DNA from: an uncultured Gemmataceae bacterium
GTDB lineage: Bacteria > Planctomycetota > Planctomycetia > Gemmatales > Gemmataceae
Assembly: GCA_963750165.1 (NCBI GenBank)
Contig: CAVVPN010000003.1
Location: 2,880,001 to 2,944,000, forward strand
DNA length: 64,000 nt
Direction: 5' to 3'
Below the pieces are notes generated by a model. It saw nothing but the letters and a program-made list of their open reading frames with translations. It was not told the DNA's origin and searched no databases. Below, in pieces: positions 51,241 to 59,814 of this stretch; position 1 is the stretch's first letter; each line of letters opens with the position of its first letter. A program made the translations under genes and the position numbers.

Positions 51241-51807
51241 ATGCACCGTTCCCTGACTGCCGCCGTCGCCGTGGCCGTGCTGGCCGCCGGCGCATCCCGG
51301 GCCCACGCCCAGCAATTTTACCAGCCCGCCCCGATGTATCAGCCGGCGCCGGTGGTCGTGCAGTCGCCGCAGTTGCAGCTGGTGGGCGCCTGGTACATTC
51401 GCTACCTCGGCCGCGGCATGGACCCGGGGGCCATTGCTTGGGTGCGGCAGCTGGAGTGCGGCAAGCCGGCGCCGCTGGTGCTGTCGCATATCCTCGGCAG
51501 TCCGGAGTATTTCCAGAAGACCGGCTGCAACCCGGTTGGCTTCGTCGCCAGCCTGTACGCCGACGTGCTCAGCCGGCCCGCGGCGCCGCAGGAAATCCAG
51601 AGCTGGCTCGTCCGCCTCGGGGTGTGCCGGCAGAATCGACAGCGCCTCGCCCTGGAATTCTTGCAGGCCGCCAGCATCGAGTTGACCAGCACCCTGCCGC
51701 AGGCGCCCGCCCTGTTGCCGCCGCCGATGCCGCAGCAGCCGTTGCAGCAACCGCCACCGCCGCAACCGTTCAACCCCACCGGTGGCGTGCGCCTCATCAA
51801 GGCGTAA
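51241..51807 (+). CDS. Secreted DUF4214-like protein with a Pro-rich tail
   Basis: Signal peptide; Y.RYLGR..DP, ILGSPEY, LY.DVLSR. Confidence 0.6.
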   Translation: MHRSLTAAVAVAVLAAGASRAHAQQFYQPAPMYQPAPVVVQSPQLQLVGAWYIRYLGRGMDPGAIAWVRQLECGKPAPLVLSHILGSPEYFQKTGCNPVGFVASLYADVLSRPAAPQEIQSWLVRLGVCRQNRQRLALEFLQAASIELTSTLPQAPALLPPPMPQQPLQQPPPPQPFNPTGGVRLIKA

Positions 51808-51815
51808 CTTGCCCG

Positions 51816-51887
51816 GCGAGCGGGGTCGCGTCAGCGCCCCGTGTCTGCATCCGCTCGGACACGGGGCGCTGACGCGACCCCGCTCGC
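51816..51887. repeat. Long GC-rich REP-like hairpin
   Basis: GCGAGCGGGGTCGCGTCAGCGCCCCGTGTC...GACACGGGGCGCTGACGCGACCCCGCTCGC. Confidence 0.8.
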
Positions 51888-51956
51888 TTGCACTTCCGTA
51901 TAATGCTCCCCCGGACAATGACGCTCAATGTCTTCCGGTGAAAGGAGCTTACCGAT

Positions 51957-52823
51957 ATGTCGTGGCCCCGTCTTTTCCCCGTCCTGTGCCTGGCGCTGCT
52001 GCTGCTGGCCCCCGTGGAGCGGCCCAACGCTCAGGAAAAAACCACCGCGTCCGGCGACAAGAAGCCAGACGGCCCCGCCAGCGCCACGATCCGCGTGAAG
52101 TTGCCGGCCAAGGCCCGCCTGCTGTTCGACGACCACGAGACGCAGCAGACCGGCGGCGAACGCCTGTTCGAGACGCCGCCATTGGAGCCCGGCAAGACCT
52201 TTCAGTACACCCTCAAGGCGACCTGGAAGAGCGACCCCAAGCGCGAAGCCGACAACATCACGCGCATGGCGGTCGCCCGGGTGCGGGCGGGCAAGGAAAC
52301 CGTCGTGGACATGACGCAGGAGAGCCCGGATGCCACCTCCAGTCAGGTCATCTACTTGCCGACGCCGCAGAACGTCGTGGACAAGATGCTGGACATGGCT
52401 AAGGTCACGAAGGACGACATCGTGTACGACCTCGGATGCGGCGACGGTCGCATCGTCGTTACCGCCGCCAAAAAGTTCGGCGCGAAGGGCGTTGGCATCG
52501 ACATCGACCCGGAGCGCATCAAGGAATCGCTGGCGAACGTCAAGAAGGCCCAGGTCGAGAAGCTGGTGGAGATCCGCCAGGGCGACGCGCTCAAGGTGCC
52601 GGACCTCTCGAAGGCCACGGTGGTCACGCTGTACATGCTGCCGCAGTTCATGGAGAAGCTGAAGCCGATCCTGCTGAAAGAGCTGAAGCCGGGCACGCGC
52701 ATTGTGGCGCACGACTACCCGGTGCCGGGCTGGGAGCCGCGGGAGCGGGTCACGGTCGAGCGCAAGATCGGCTTTTATCCGCACACGCTGTACCTGTGGC
52801 ACGTCCCGGGCAAAAAAGAATAA
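51957..52823 (+). CDS. TIGR03000-like domain fused to a class I SAM methyltransferase
   Basis: RLFETPPLEPGK..Y; YDLGCGDGRI, GIDID. Confidence 0.85.
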   Translation: MSWPRLFPVLCLALLLLAPVERPNAQEKTTASGDKKPDGPASATIRVKLPAKARLLFDDHETQQTGGERLFETPPLEPGKTFQYTLKATWKSDPKREADNITRMAVARVRAGKETVVDMTQESPDATSSQVIYLPTPQNVVDKMLDMAKVTKDDIVYDLGCGDGRIVVTAAKKFGAKGVGIDIDPERIKESLANVKKAQVEKLVEIRQGDALKVPDLSKATVVTLYMLPQFMEKLKPILLKELKPGTRIVAHDYPVPGWEPRERVTVERKIGFYPHTLYLWHVPGKKE

Positions 52824-52913
52824 ATCCACAGATGACCCCGCGGAACGCAGATAAAGACAAATCAAACCAATTGGTTTTGTCTTTACCTGCGTTCCGCGGG
52901 ATCTTCTGTGGAT
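52824..52913. repeat. Inverted-repeat element of the CCAC family
   Basis: ATCCACAGATGACCCCGCGGAACGCAGATAAAGAC...GTCTTTACCTGCGTTCCGCGGGATCTTCTGTGGAT. Confidence 0.8.
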
Positions 52914-52925
52914 CGAGCTTCTTGT

Positions 52926-53378
52926 TCACGCTCCCGCGATCCACTGCGCGTCTGCCGGGGTGTAGTTGACCAGTTCGTTCGGCTGGAACCACAGGCCGAT
53001 CTCCAGCGCCGCGTTCTCGGGGCTATCGCTGCCGTGGACGAGGTTGTTCTGCACGCTCAGCGCGTAGTCGCCGCGGATGGTCGCCGGCGGCGCCTTGGTG
53101 CCGTCGGTCGCGCCCATCAGCGTCCGCGCGACCGTGATCGCCTCGCGCCCTTCCCAGACCAGCGCCACCGTTGGGCCGCCCGTCAGGAACGTCAGCAGCG
53201 ACTCGTAAAACGGCTTGCCCTTGTGGACGGCGTAGTGTTTCTCGGCGAGTTCACGGCTGGCCTGCACCAGCTTGAGCGCCACCAGGCGCAGCCCCTTCTG
53301 CTCGAAGCGCTGCATGATGGCGCCGACCAGCCGCCGCTGCACCCCGTCTGGTTTAATCAGAATCAACGTCCGTTGCAT
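52926..53378 (-). CDS. ndk: Nucleoside-diphosphate kinase
   Basis: RTLILIKPDGVQR, TIRGDY, NLVHGSDS. Confidence 0.98.
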   Translation of the reverse strand: MQRTLILIKPDGVQRRLVGAIMQRFEQKGLRLVALKLVQASRELAEKHYAVHKGKPFYESLLTFLTGGPTVALVWEGREAITVARTLMGATDGTKAPPATIRGDYALSVQNNLVHGSDSPENAALEIGLWFQPNELVNYTPADAQWIAGA

Positions 53379-53440
53379 GACGCGCCCCTCGTGATTGAAT
53401 GTCGCGGTTGCGGTGCATTGTACGAACTCCGCCCGCCCGG

Positions 53441-54139
53441 TCACACGCCGCGCGCCTGCGGATCCCAGATGTACTTGTGCAGCTGCAACTGCAATCGCGC
53501 ATGCAGCCCCGCCGCCAGCAGCCACGCCGCCAGCAGCGCCAGCGGCACTGCCCCGAACGCCGCGCTGAGCAGCACCGTGAAGCGCCGGTCCAGCTGGTGT
53601 TCGCGGATCGTCGCCACCGCCCAGTCGAAGTCGCGCCGAGAGGCGATGACGAACTTGACCTCGTCCGCCGGCTTCAGTGCCGCCAGGTTTTCGAAGCGGT
53701 TGCCGGCACACTCGCCGCTGTCGGGGCACTTCAAATCCATGATGATGTGGACGCGCCGATCAACCGGCGCCACGTCCAGGGCTCCGCTGGTCTCCAGCAG
53801 CACGGTCCGCCCCGCGTCAGCGAGGCGCGTCATGAGCGGCAATGCCTCCGGCTGCAACAGCGGTTCGCCGCCGGTGACCTCGACCAGGGGGCAGCGCTCG
53901 TTGAGCACGCGCGCCACCACAGCGTCGAGGGGCCACAGTTCGCCCTGCTTGAAGGCGTGCGGCGAGTCGCACCAGACGCAGCGCGAGTTGCAGACGGTCA
54001 GGCGCACGAAGACGCAGGGCAGGCCGGCGAAGGTGGATTCGCCCTGCACGCTCTGGTAAATCTCGTGGATCAGGAGCTGGCCCGGCGGTTTGCCCTGGAG
54101 CGGGGCGAGCCGGTGGGCCAGGGAAGGTACGGGTGTCAT
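53441..54139 (-). CDS. queE: 7-carboxy-7-deazaguanine synthase (radical SAM)
   Basis: EIYQSVQGE, CNSRCVWCD, TGGEPLLQ, QLHKYIW. Confidence 0.9.
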   Translation of the reverse strand: MTPVPSLAHRLAPLQGKPPGQLLIHEIYQSVQGESTFAGLPCVFVRLTVCNSRCVWCDSPHAFKQGELWPLDAVVARVLNERCPLVEVTGGEPLLQPEALPLMTRLADAGRTVLLETSGALDVAPVDRRVHIIMDLKCPDSGECAGNRFENLAALKPADEVKFVIASRRDFDWAVATIREHQLDRRFTVLLSAAFGAVPLALLAAWLLAAGLHARLQLQLHKYIWDPQARGV

Positions 54140-54151
54140 GCCATCATCATA

Positions 54152-54259
54152 TCAGAAGTCAGAAGTCAGAGGTCAGAAGTCAGAAGTCAGAAAACAGCGC
54201 CAAGCCGCAAGCAGCAGAAAAGATAACCTGACCTCTGACTTCTGACTTCTGACCTCTGA
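54152..54259. repeat. Inverted pair of heptamer tandem arrays (TCAGARG)n/(CYTCTGA)n
   Basis: Read directly from the sequence. Confidence 0.85.
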
Positions 54260-54352
54260 GAAAATTGCCCTTCCCCTCCGACGGCCCGAGTGGGTATAAG
54301 CGCGCCCACGAGGGGGTGCCTTCGGGTACGGTTTTTGAGCAAGGAGGTAAGC

Positions 54353-55300
54353 ATGAGTGTGCGCAGAAGTGTGCTGCGAGGGCTGGCGAGCCTGGCGGCA
54401 CTGGGGGTGTTGAGCGGGGCCGTGGCGGCGCAGGCGCCGGGCGTCAAGCCGGCGGCGATGGTCAACGGCGAACCCATTCCGCTGTCCGACGTGCAGACGA
54501 TCCTCAAACAGCAGCCGCCGTCGCCCACACCGCTGCCCGCGGCGCAGAAACGCGAGTTGGAACTGTCGGCCCTCAACGGGCTGATCGACGACCTGCTCAT
54601 GAAGCAGTATCTACGCAAGAACGCCAAGCCGGCCGATCCGAAGGAGGTGGACACGGAGGTCAAGGAACTGGAAATGGCGCTGAAGACGGGCAAGAACAAG
54701 ATGACCTTGAAGGAGTTCCTGGACAGCAGCGGCCAGACAGAGGCCCAGCTGCGGGCGGACCTGGCGACGCGCGTGCAGTGGAAGGCGTTCATCCTGCCGC
54801 GGCTGCCGGATAACGTCGTCAAGGCGTACTACGACGCCAACAAGCTGTTTTTCGACAAGGTGTTCGTGCGGGCCAGCCACATCCTGATCAAGTTGCCGCC
54901 GACGGCGAGTGCGGCGGAGCGGCAGGCGGCGCACGCGAAGCTGGCGGCGCTGCGGGTGGAGATCGTGGCGGGCAAGCTGGACTTCGCCAAGGCGGCCAAG
55001 GAAAACTCGGACTGCCCGAGCAAGGAGAACGGCGGCGACATCGGGCCGTTCCCGTTCAAGTTCGCGGTGGTCGAGCCGTTCGCGCGGGCGGCCTTCGCGA
55101 CCAAGGTGGGCGACGTGACCGATGTGGTCACGACCGAGTTCGGCCTGCACCTCATCAAGGTGACCGACCGCAACGAGGGGCAGAAGTCCAACTACGAACA
55201 GATCAAGGACCAGGTTCGTGAGGTCTACGCGCAGGAGATTTATCAGAACATCATCTCGGACATGCGCAAGAACTCGAGGATTGAGACGAACCTGCCGTGA
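54353..55300 (+). CDS. Parvulin (PpiC)-type peptidylprolyl isomerase, SurA/PrsA-like
   Basis: VRASHILI, SDCPSKENGGDIG, TEFGLHLIKV. Confidence 0.93.
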   Translation: MSVRRSVLRGLASLAALGVLSGAVAAQAPGVKPAAMVNGEPIPLSDVQTILKQQPPSPTPLPAAQKRELELSALNGLIDDLLMKQYLRKNAKPADPKEVDTEVKELEMALKTGKNKMTLKEFLDSSGQTEAQLRADLATRVQWKAFILPRLPDNVVKAYYDANKLFFDKVFVRASHILIKLPPTASAAERQAAHAKLAALRVEIVAGKLDFAKAAKENSDCPSKENGGDIGPFPFKFAVVEPFARAAFATKVGDVTDVVTTEFGLHLIKVTDRNEGQKSNYEQIKDQVREVYAQEIYQNIISDMRKNSRIETNLP

Positions 55301-55357
55301 ACCTCGACGTAACGGCTCCCCTCTCCCCCTGCCAGGGAGAGAGGGGAGAAAAACCCG

Positions 55358-57025
55358 TCAGCGCAGCGCCCGCCCGGGCCGCGCCCCCGTGTGCTGGCCG
55401 CGCTCCAGCACCACCTGCCCGTTCACGATCACGTACTCAATACCCTCGCTGTAGCGGAACGGCTCCGCATAGGTGGCCCGGTCGATAACGCGCTCCGGGT
55501 CGAACAGGGTAATGTCCGCGTAGTTGCCGGGCCGCAGCAGACCACGGTCGTAAACGCCGATCTTGACCGCGTTCTGCGAGGTCATCTTGCGCATCGCGTC
55601 TTCCAGGCGCAGCAGCTTTTTCTGACGGACGTAGACGCCAAGCACGCGCGGGAAGGTGCCGAAACTGCGCGGGTGTGGATGGCCGCGCCGCAGCGGCCCT
55701 GCCGTGGCGTGGGCCGTGCCGTCCGAGCCAATCGAGCACCACGGCTGCACCATTGCCAGGTTCATGTCCTTCTCGGTGTGATGGTCGTAAACCGTGGACA
55801 CCGAGCCGTTCTGTTCAATCAGGATGTCAAACAATTCGTCAAGGTAGTCAGGCGGCGGCTGCTTGTTTTTGGTGCGCGCCGCCAGGACGCGGTCCATCGT
55901 CAGGCCCTTGTAACTGTTGTTGGCGCTGATGAGCATGCGCGACCAGTCGCCGCCGACCGCGGTGTAATGGTTGTACCAGCCGGGAATGCCTTCGCGAATA
56001 TCCTTCTTCAATTTCACGCGCTCCTTGGAGTCTTTCAGACGCGCGAGCAGTTTCGCGGTGCCGCCCTCGTGCGCCCAGGGCGGAATGATGCTCGACAGGT
56101 TGTTATTGCCGCGCGTGTAGGGGTACACGTCGGCACCGACGTTGACGCCCTGCTTGCGGGCGTCGTCGATCAGCTTGACGACCTCGTTCATGCGGCCCCA
56201 GTTGACCTGATCGGCGATCTTGATGTGCAGGATTTCCACCGCGACGCCCGCCCGCCGGCCAACCGCGATGGCCTCGCGGATGGCGGCGAACACGTCGCTG
56301 CCCTCGTTGCGGATGTGGACGACGAAGATGCCGCGATAGCGAGCCACCACCTTGCACAGTTCCACCAGGTCATCCGTCGTCGCCAGCATGTCCGGCGTCT
56401 GCGCCAGGCAACACGACAGGCCCTTCGCACCGTTCTTCATCGCCTCCTCAACGAGGGCCTTCATCTGCTCGAACTCATCCTTCGTGGGCCGGCGGTGCGA
56501 GGTGCCCATGACGGAGCGCCAGACGTTGCCCAGGCCGACGAACGACGCGACGTTGGTGCTGACGCCGGCCTTTTCCACCGCGTCGAAGTAGCCGCCCAGC
56601 GTTTGCCAGCGCGTCTCCTTGCCGCGCACCATGAACTTCGGCGGCGTGTACTTGCCCTGGTAGGGGCCGGCGGAACCGCTCTCGCCGAGCACTTCCGTGG
56701 TGACACCCTGGCGAATCTTGCTCTGGGCGTTGCCATCCTCCAGGATCGTGAAGTCCGAGTGCGAATGGATGTCGATGAAGCCCGGGGCGACGACCAGGCC
56801 TTTGGCGTCGATCTCGCGCTTGCCCTTGCCCGCCACCCTGCCAAGAGCGGCGATGCGGTCGCCCTTGATCGCGAGGTCGCCGTGATACCAGGGGTTGCCG
56901 GTGCCATCGACGAGCTTGCCGTTGCGGATGACGAGATCGTAGGCGGCGTCCGGTTGCGGCGTTGTCGGGAGTGCCAGGGTGGCGAGCAGGAAGGGGGCCA
57001 GGAGGACGCAGAGGGAGCGGCGCAT
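55358..57025 (-). CDS. Secreted N-acyl-D-amino-acid deacylase
   Basis: Signal peptide, DGTGNPW, PGFIDIHSHSD, HPRSFGTFPRVLG. Confidence 0.92.
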   Translation of the reverse strand: MRRSLCVLLAPFLLATLALPTTPQPDAAYDLVIRNGKLVDGTGNPWYHGDLAIKGDRIAALGRVAGKGKREIDAKGLVVAPGFIDIHSHSDFTILEDGNAQSKIRQGVTTEVLGESGSAGPYQGKYTPPKFMVRGKETRWQTLGGYFDAVEKAGVSTNVASFVGLGNVWRSVMGTSHRRPTKDEFEQMKALVEEAMKNGAKGLSCCLAQTPDMLATTDDLVELCKVVARYRGIFVVHIRNEGSDVFAAIREAIAVGRRAGVAVEILHIKIADQVNWGRMNEVVKLIDDARKQGVNVGADVYPYTRGNNNLSSIIPPWAHEGGTAKLLARLKDSKERVKLKKDIREGIPGWYNHYTAVGGDWSRMLISANNSYKGLTMDRVLAARTKNKQPPPDYLDELFDILIEQNGSVSTVYDHHTEKDMNLAMVQPWCSIGSDGTAHATAGPLRRGHPHPRSFGTFPRVLGVYVRQKKLLRLEDAMRKMTSQNAVKIGVYDRGLLRPGNYADITLFDPERVIDRATYAEPFRYSEGIEYVIVNGQVVLERGQHTGARPGRALR

Positions 57026-57164
57026 GGGCTGCCCTTTCAGAAGCGGCGGAAGGATGGTTTCAACTGAAGTGGTATGATATACAACAAAGTCGGTGCGTGC
57101 CGTCGCTGGTGGTGTCGTGGCCGGCAACTTGTCGAGGGCAACCCGACGCGAAAGGAAAAGCCTC

Positions 57165-57500
57165 ATGAGCCTTGATGAAGCCATCGTCGCAGGGACGCTC
57201 AAGCCGGATGGCACGTTGGAGCTGGATCGCAGGCCCAACCTGGCGCCGGGGCGGGTCTCGGTGATTTTGCGACCGCTGCCGCAGTTGCCCTCGGGGGATC
57301 CCTTCTTCGACATGCTCAAGAACATCTGGGAGGCACGCGCCCGGGCCGGATTAACCCCCCGTTCGGTAGAAGAAGTGGAGGCCCACCGCCAACGGTTGCG
57401 GGACGATTCGGCGGAGGAATTGGCGGAAGCGGCGGGACTTCAGCGGGAGTGTGGGCCGGCCCAGAACCCCGCTTCCCCGACGAAGGGCGGCAGCGAATGA
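57165..57500 (+). CDS. Putative antitoxin
   Basis: GTLKPDGTLELD; ATGA overlap with the PIN-domain gene. Confidence 0.7.
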   Translation: MSLDEAIVAGTLKPDGTLELDRRPNLAPGRVSVILRPLPQLPSGDPFFDMLKNIWEARARAGLTPRSVEEVEAHRQRLRDDSAEELAEAAGLQRECGPAQNPASPTKGGSE

Positions 57501-57898
57501 TCGTCTGCCTGGACGCGAATCTGGTGATTTATCTGGTCGAAGCGAACCCGGTTTGGACGCCGAAGGCGACGGCACGGTTGGCGCTGCTCCGGGCGGCGGG
57601 GGATGCAATTGCCGTCAGCGATGCGGCCCGGCTGGAATGCCTGGTCAAGCCCTTCACCATCGGGAACGCCGCCGACATCGCCAGCTATCAAAGCTTCTTT
57701 GTCAGTCCGCAGGTGACGATGTTACCTGTCACTGCCGCTGTGTGGGAGCGGGCGGCCCGAATCGGGGCAACGGTTAATCTCAAGCCGCTGGACACCGTGC
57801 ATCTCGCCACGGCCATCGAACACGGCTGCGGGCTGTTCCTGACCAACGACGCCAAGTTGGCCCGTTGCGCCGACATCCCCGTGGAAGTGCTGACCTGA
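57497..57898 (+). CDS. VapC-family PIN-domain toxin
   Basis: LDAN..IYLVE, ECLV.P, D.VHLATA, FLTND. Confidence 0.92.
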   Translation: MIVCLDANLVIYLVEANPVWTPKATARLALLRAAGDAIAVSDAARLECLVKPFTIGNAADIASYQSFFVSPQVTMLPVTAAVWERAARIGATVNLKPLDTVHLATAIEHGCGLFLTNDAKLARCADIPVEVLT

Positions 57899-57929
57899 TG
57901 ACTGCCCCATCCTGGCAACTATCCTTCAC

Positions 57930-59330
57930 TCAGGCAAGAATTTCCCGAATCACATGCCCATGCACATCCGTCAGCCGCCGGTCCGCGCCGTTGACGCGGA
58001 ACGTCAGTTGCTCATGATCGACACCCAGCAGGTGCAGTAACGTCGCGTGCTGGTCGTAGCACATCGTCCGCCGTGTCGCGGCGTGGAACGAGAACTCATC
58101 GCTCTCCCCATAACTGACGCCGCCGCGCACACCGCCGCCGGCCATCCAGCTCACGAAGGTGTTGCCGTTGTGGTCGCGGCCGTTGCCGTTCTGGCTGTAC
58201 GGCGTGCGGCCGAACTCCGTCGTCCAGTACACCACCGTCTCATCCAGAAGCCCGCGCGCTTTCAGGTCGCGGAGCAGGCCGGCGATGGGTTTGTCACTGC
58301 GGATGCACATCCGCTCGAAGTCCGAGTTGCGGCGCACGTCGTTGTGGCTGTCCCAGTTGCCGCTGGCACCGTTCAGGCCGGAGCCGCACCACAACTGCAC
58401 GAAGCGCACGCCGCGCTCCACCAACCGGCGCGCGATCAAACAGTTGCGGCCGAAGTCGCGTGTACGCGCATCGTCCAGGCCGTACAGGCGCGTCGTCGCC
58501 GCCGTCTCGGTGCGCAGATCCAGCACCTCCGGCACCGCCAGTTGCATGCGCGCGGCCAGTTCGTAGGAGCGGATGCGCGCCTCCAGCCGGGAATCGCCGG
58601 GCGTCCGTTGCTGTTGCTGGCGGTTCAGTTCGGCCAGCAGGTCGAGTCCTTCGCGCTCGCTGTCGCGCGTGACGAAGCGCGTGGTGCGCGGCGCGAACAG
58701 GTCCGGCACCGGGTTGTCGGCGGCAGGCTGGAGCATGGTCGCCTGGTGCTGAGCGGGCAGAAAGCCGCTGCCCCACGCGGCCTGACCGGTCCAGGGCAGG
58801 CCGACCGGATCGGGCAGCGCCACGAACGTCGGCAGGTTGCGGTTGAGGCTGCCGAGGGCGTAGCTGACCCAGGCGCCGACGCTGGGAAAGCCGGGCACGA
58901 CGAAGCCACTGACCTGCATGGTCTGGCCGGCGCTGTGCTCGCTGGTCGGGGCGTGCATCGCCAGCAGGAACGCCAGGTCATCGACACAGCCGGCCAGGTG
59001 CGGCAGCGCGTCGGTCACCCAGCGGCCACAGCGGCCGTGCCGCCGCCACGTCCACGGGCTTTTCAGCACAGGGCCGGGCCGCGTCACGGTGCCGCCGGTC
59101 ACACGGAAGGGCACTGTCTGGCCGTGGCGGCGGATCAGCTCCGGCTTGTAGTCGAAGGTGTCGCACTGGCTGGCGCCACCGAGCATGAACAGCTGAATCA
59201 CCGCTTTCGCGCGAGCCGGTGCCGCCTGGCCCGCTGCGGCGTCCTGTTCGTGCAGCAGCCAGGCCAGGGCCAGCGAGCCGAGACCACCGCCGCATTGCTG
59301 AAGCCAATCCCGCCGGCTGATGGGAAGCAT
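57930..59330 (-). CDS. DUF1501 domain protein (Tat signal)
   Basis: SRRDWL, GGASQCDTFDYKP, RRLVERGVRFVQL, WDSH, EFGRTP, GRDH. Confidence 0.95.
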   Translation of the reverse strand: MLPISRRDWLQQCGGGLGSLALAWLLHEQDAAAGQAAPARAKAVIQLFMLGGASQCDTFDYKPELIRRHGQTVPFRVTGGTVTRPGPVLKSPWTWRRHGRCGRWVTDALPHLAGCVDDLAFLLAMHAPTSEHSAGQTMQVSGFVVPGFPSVGAWVSYALGSLNRNLPTFVALPDPVGLPWTGQAAWGSGFLPAQHQATMLQPAADNPVPDLFAPRTTRFVTRDSEREGLDLLAELNRQQQQRTPGDSRLEARIRSYELAARMQLAVPEVLDLRTETAATTRLYGLDDARTRDFGRNCLIARRLVERGVRFVQLWCGSGLNGASGNWDSHNDVRRNSDFERMCIRSDKPIAGLLRDLKARGLLDETVVYWTTEFGRTPYSQNGNGRDHNGNTFVSWMAGGGVRGGVSYGESDEFSFHAATRRTMCYDQHATLLHLLGVDHEQLTFRVNGADRRLTDVHGHVIREILA

Positions 59331-59359
59331 GGGGTCAAAACCTCTCGTTGGTTACGAAC

Positions 59360-59809
59360 AATTAGCCACAGAGGACACAGAGATCACAGAGAGAAGCGCT
59401 TGACGCCGTCCAGCAACCTTGGCAAACCAAAGTTAATGAGAAGGCCGCGTTTGAGTCGGGTGGCTTTCAAGTAGGAAAGGATCTGGGCGGTGGCGACTTC
59501 CGGTAATTTGGAAAGCGATTTCAATTCGATGATAACTTCCTTGGCGACCAGCAGGTCCAGTTTTTGGCCCTTGATGGTATGGCCCTTGTAGTACATATCG
59601 ACCTCGACCTGTCGGTCATACGGGATTCCGCGCAAATCCATTTCCACGCACAGGGCTTCCTCGTACACAGCTTCCAACAAGCCCGGACCGAGGATTCGGT
59701 GAACCTCGATCGCGGCCCCAATGATTTGTTCCGTCAACGGATCGTTATTCATTTCTTCCTCTTCTTTCTCTCTTTCTCTCTGTGCTCTCTGTGTCCTCTG
59801 TGGCTAATT
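59360..59809. mobile_element. 450-bp cassette: GxxExxY gene between 36-bp inverted repeats
   Basis: AATTAGCCACAGAGGACACAGAGA(T/G)CACAGAGAGAA at 59360-59395 and 59774-59809. Confidence 0.65.
59384..59752 (-). CDS. GxxExxY protein (PD-(D/E)XK-like)
   Basis: VH..LGPGLLEAVYE, DLLV..IIELKS, AQILSYLK, GLLINF. Confidence 0.95.
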   Translation of the reverse strand: MNNDPLTEQIIGAAIEVHRILGPGLLEAVYEEALCVEMDLRGIPYDRQVEVDMYYKGHTIKGQKLDLLVAKEVIIELKSLSKLPEVATAQILSYLKATRLKRGLLINFGLPRLLDGVKRFSL

Positions 59810-59814
59810 CTTTT

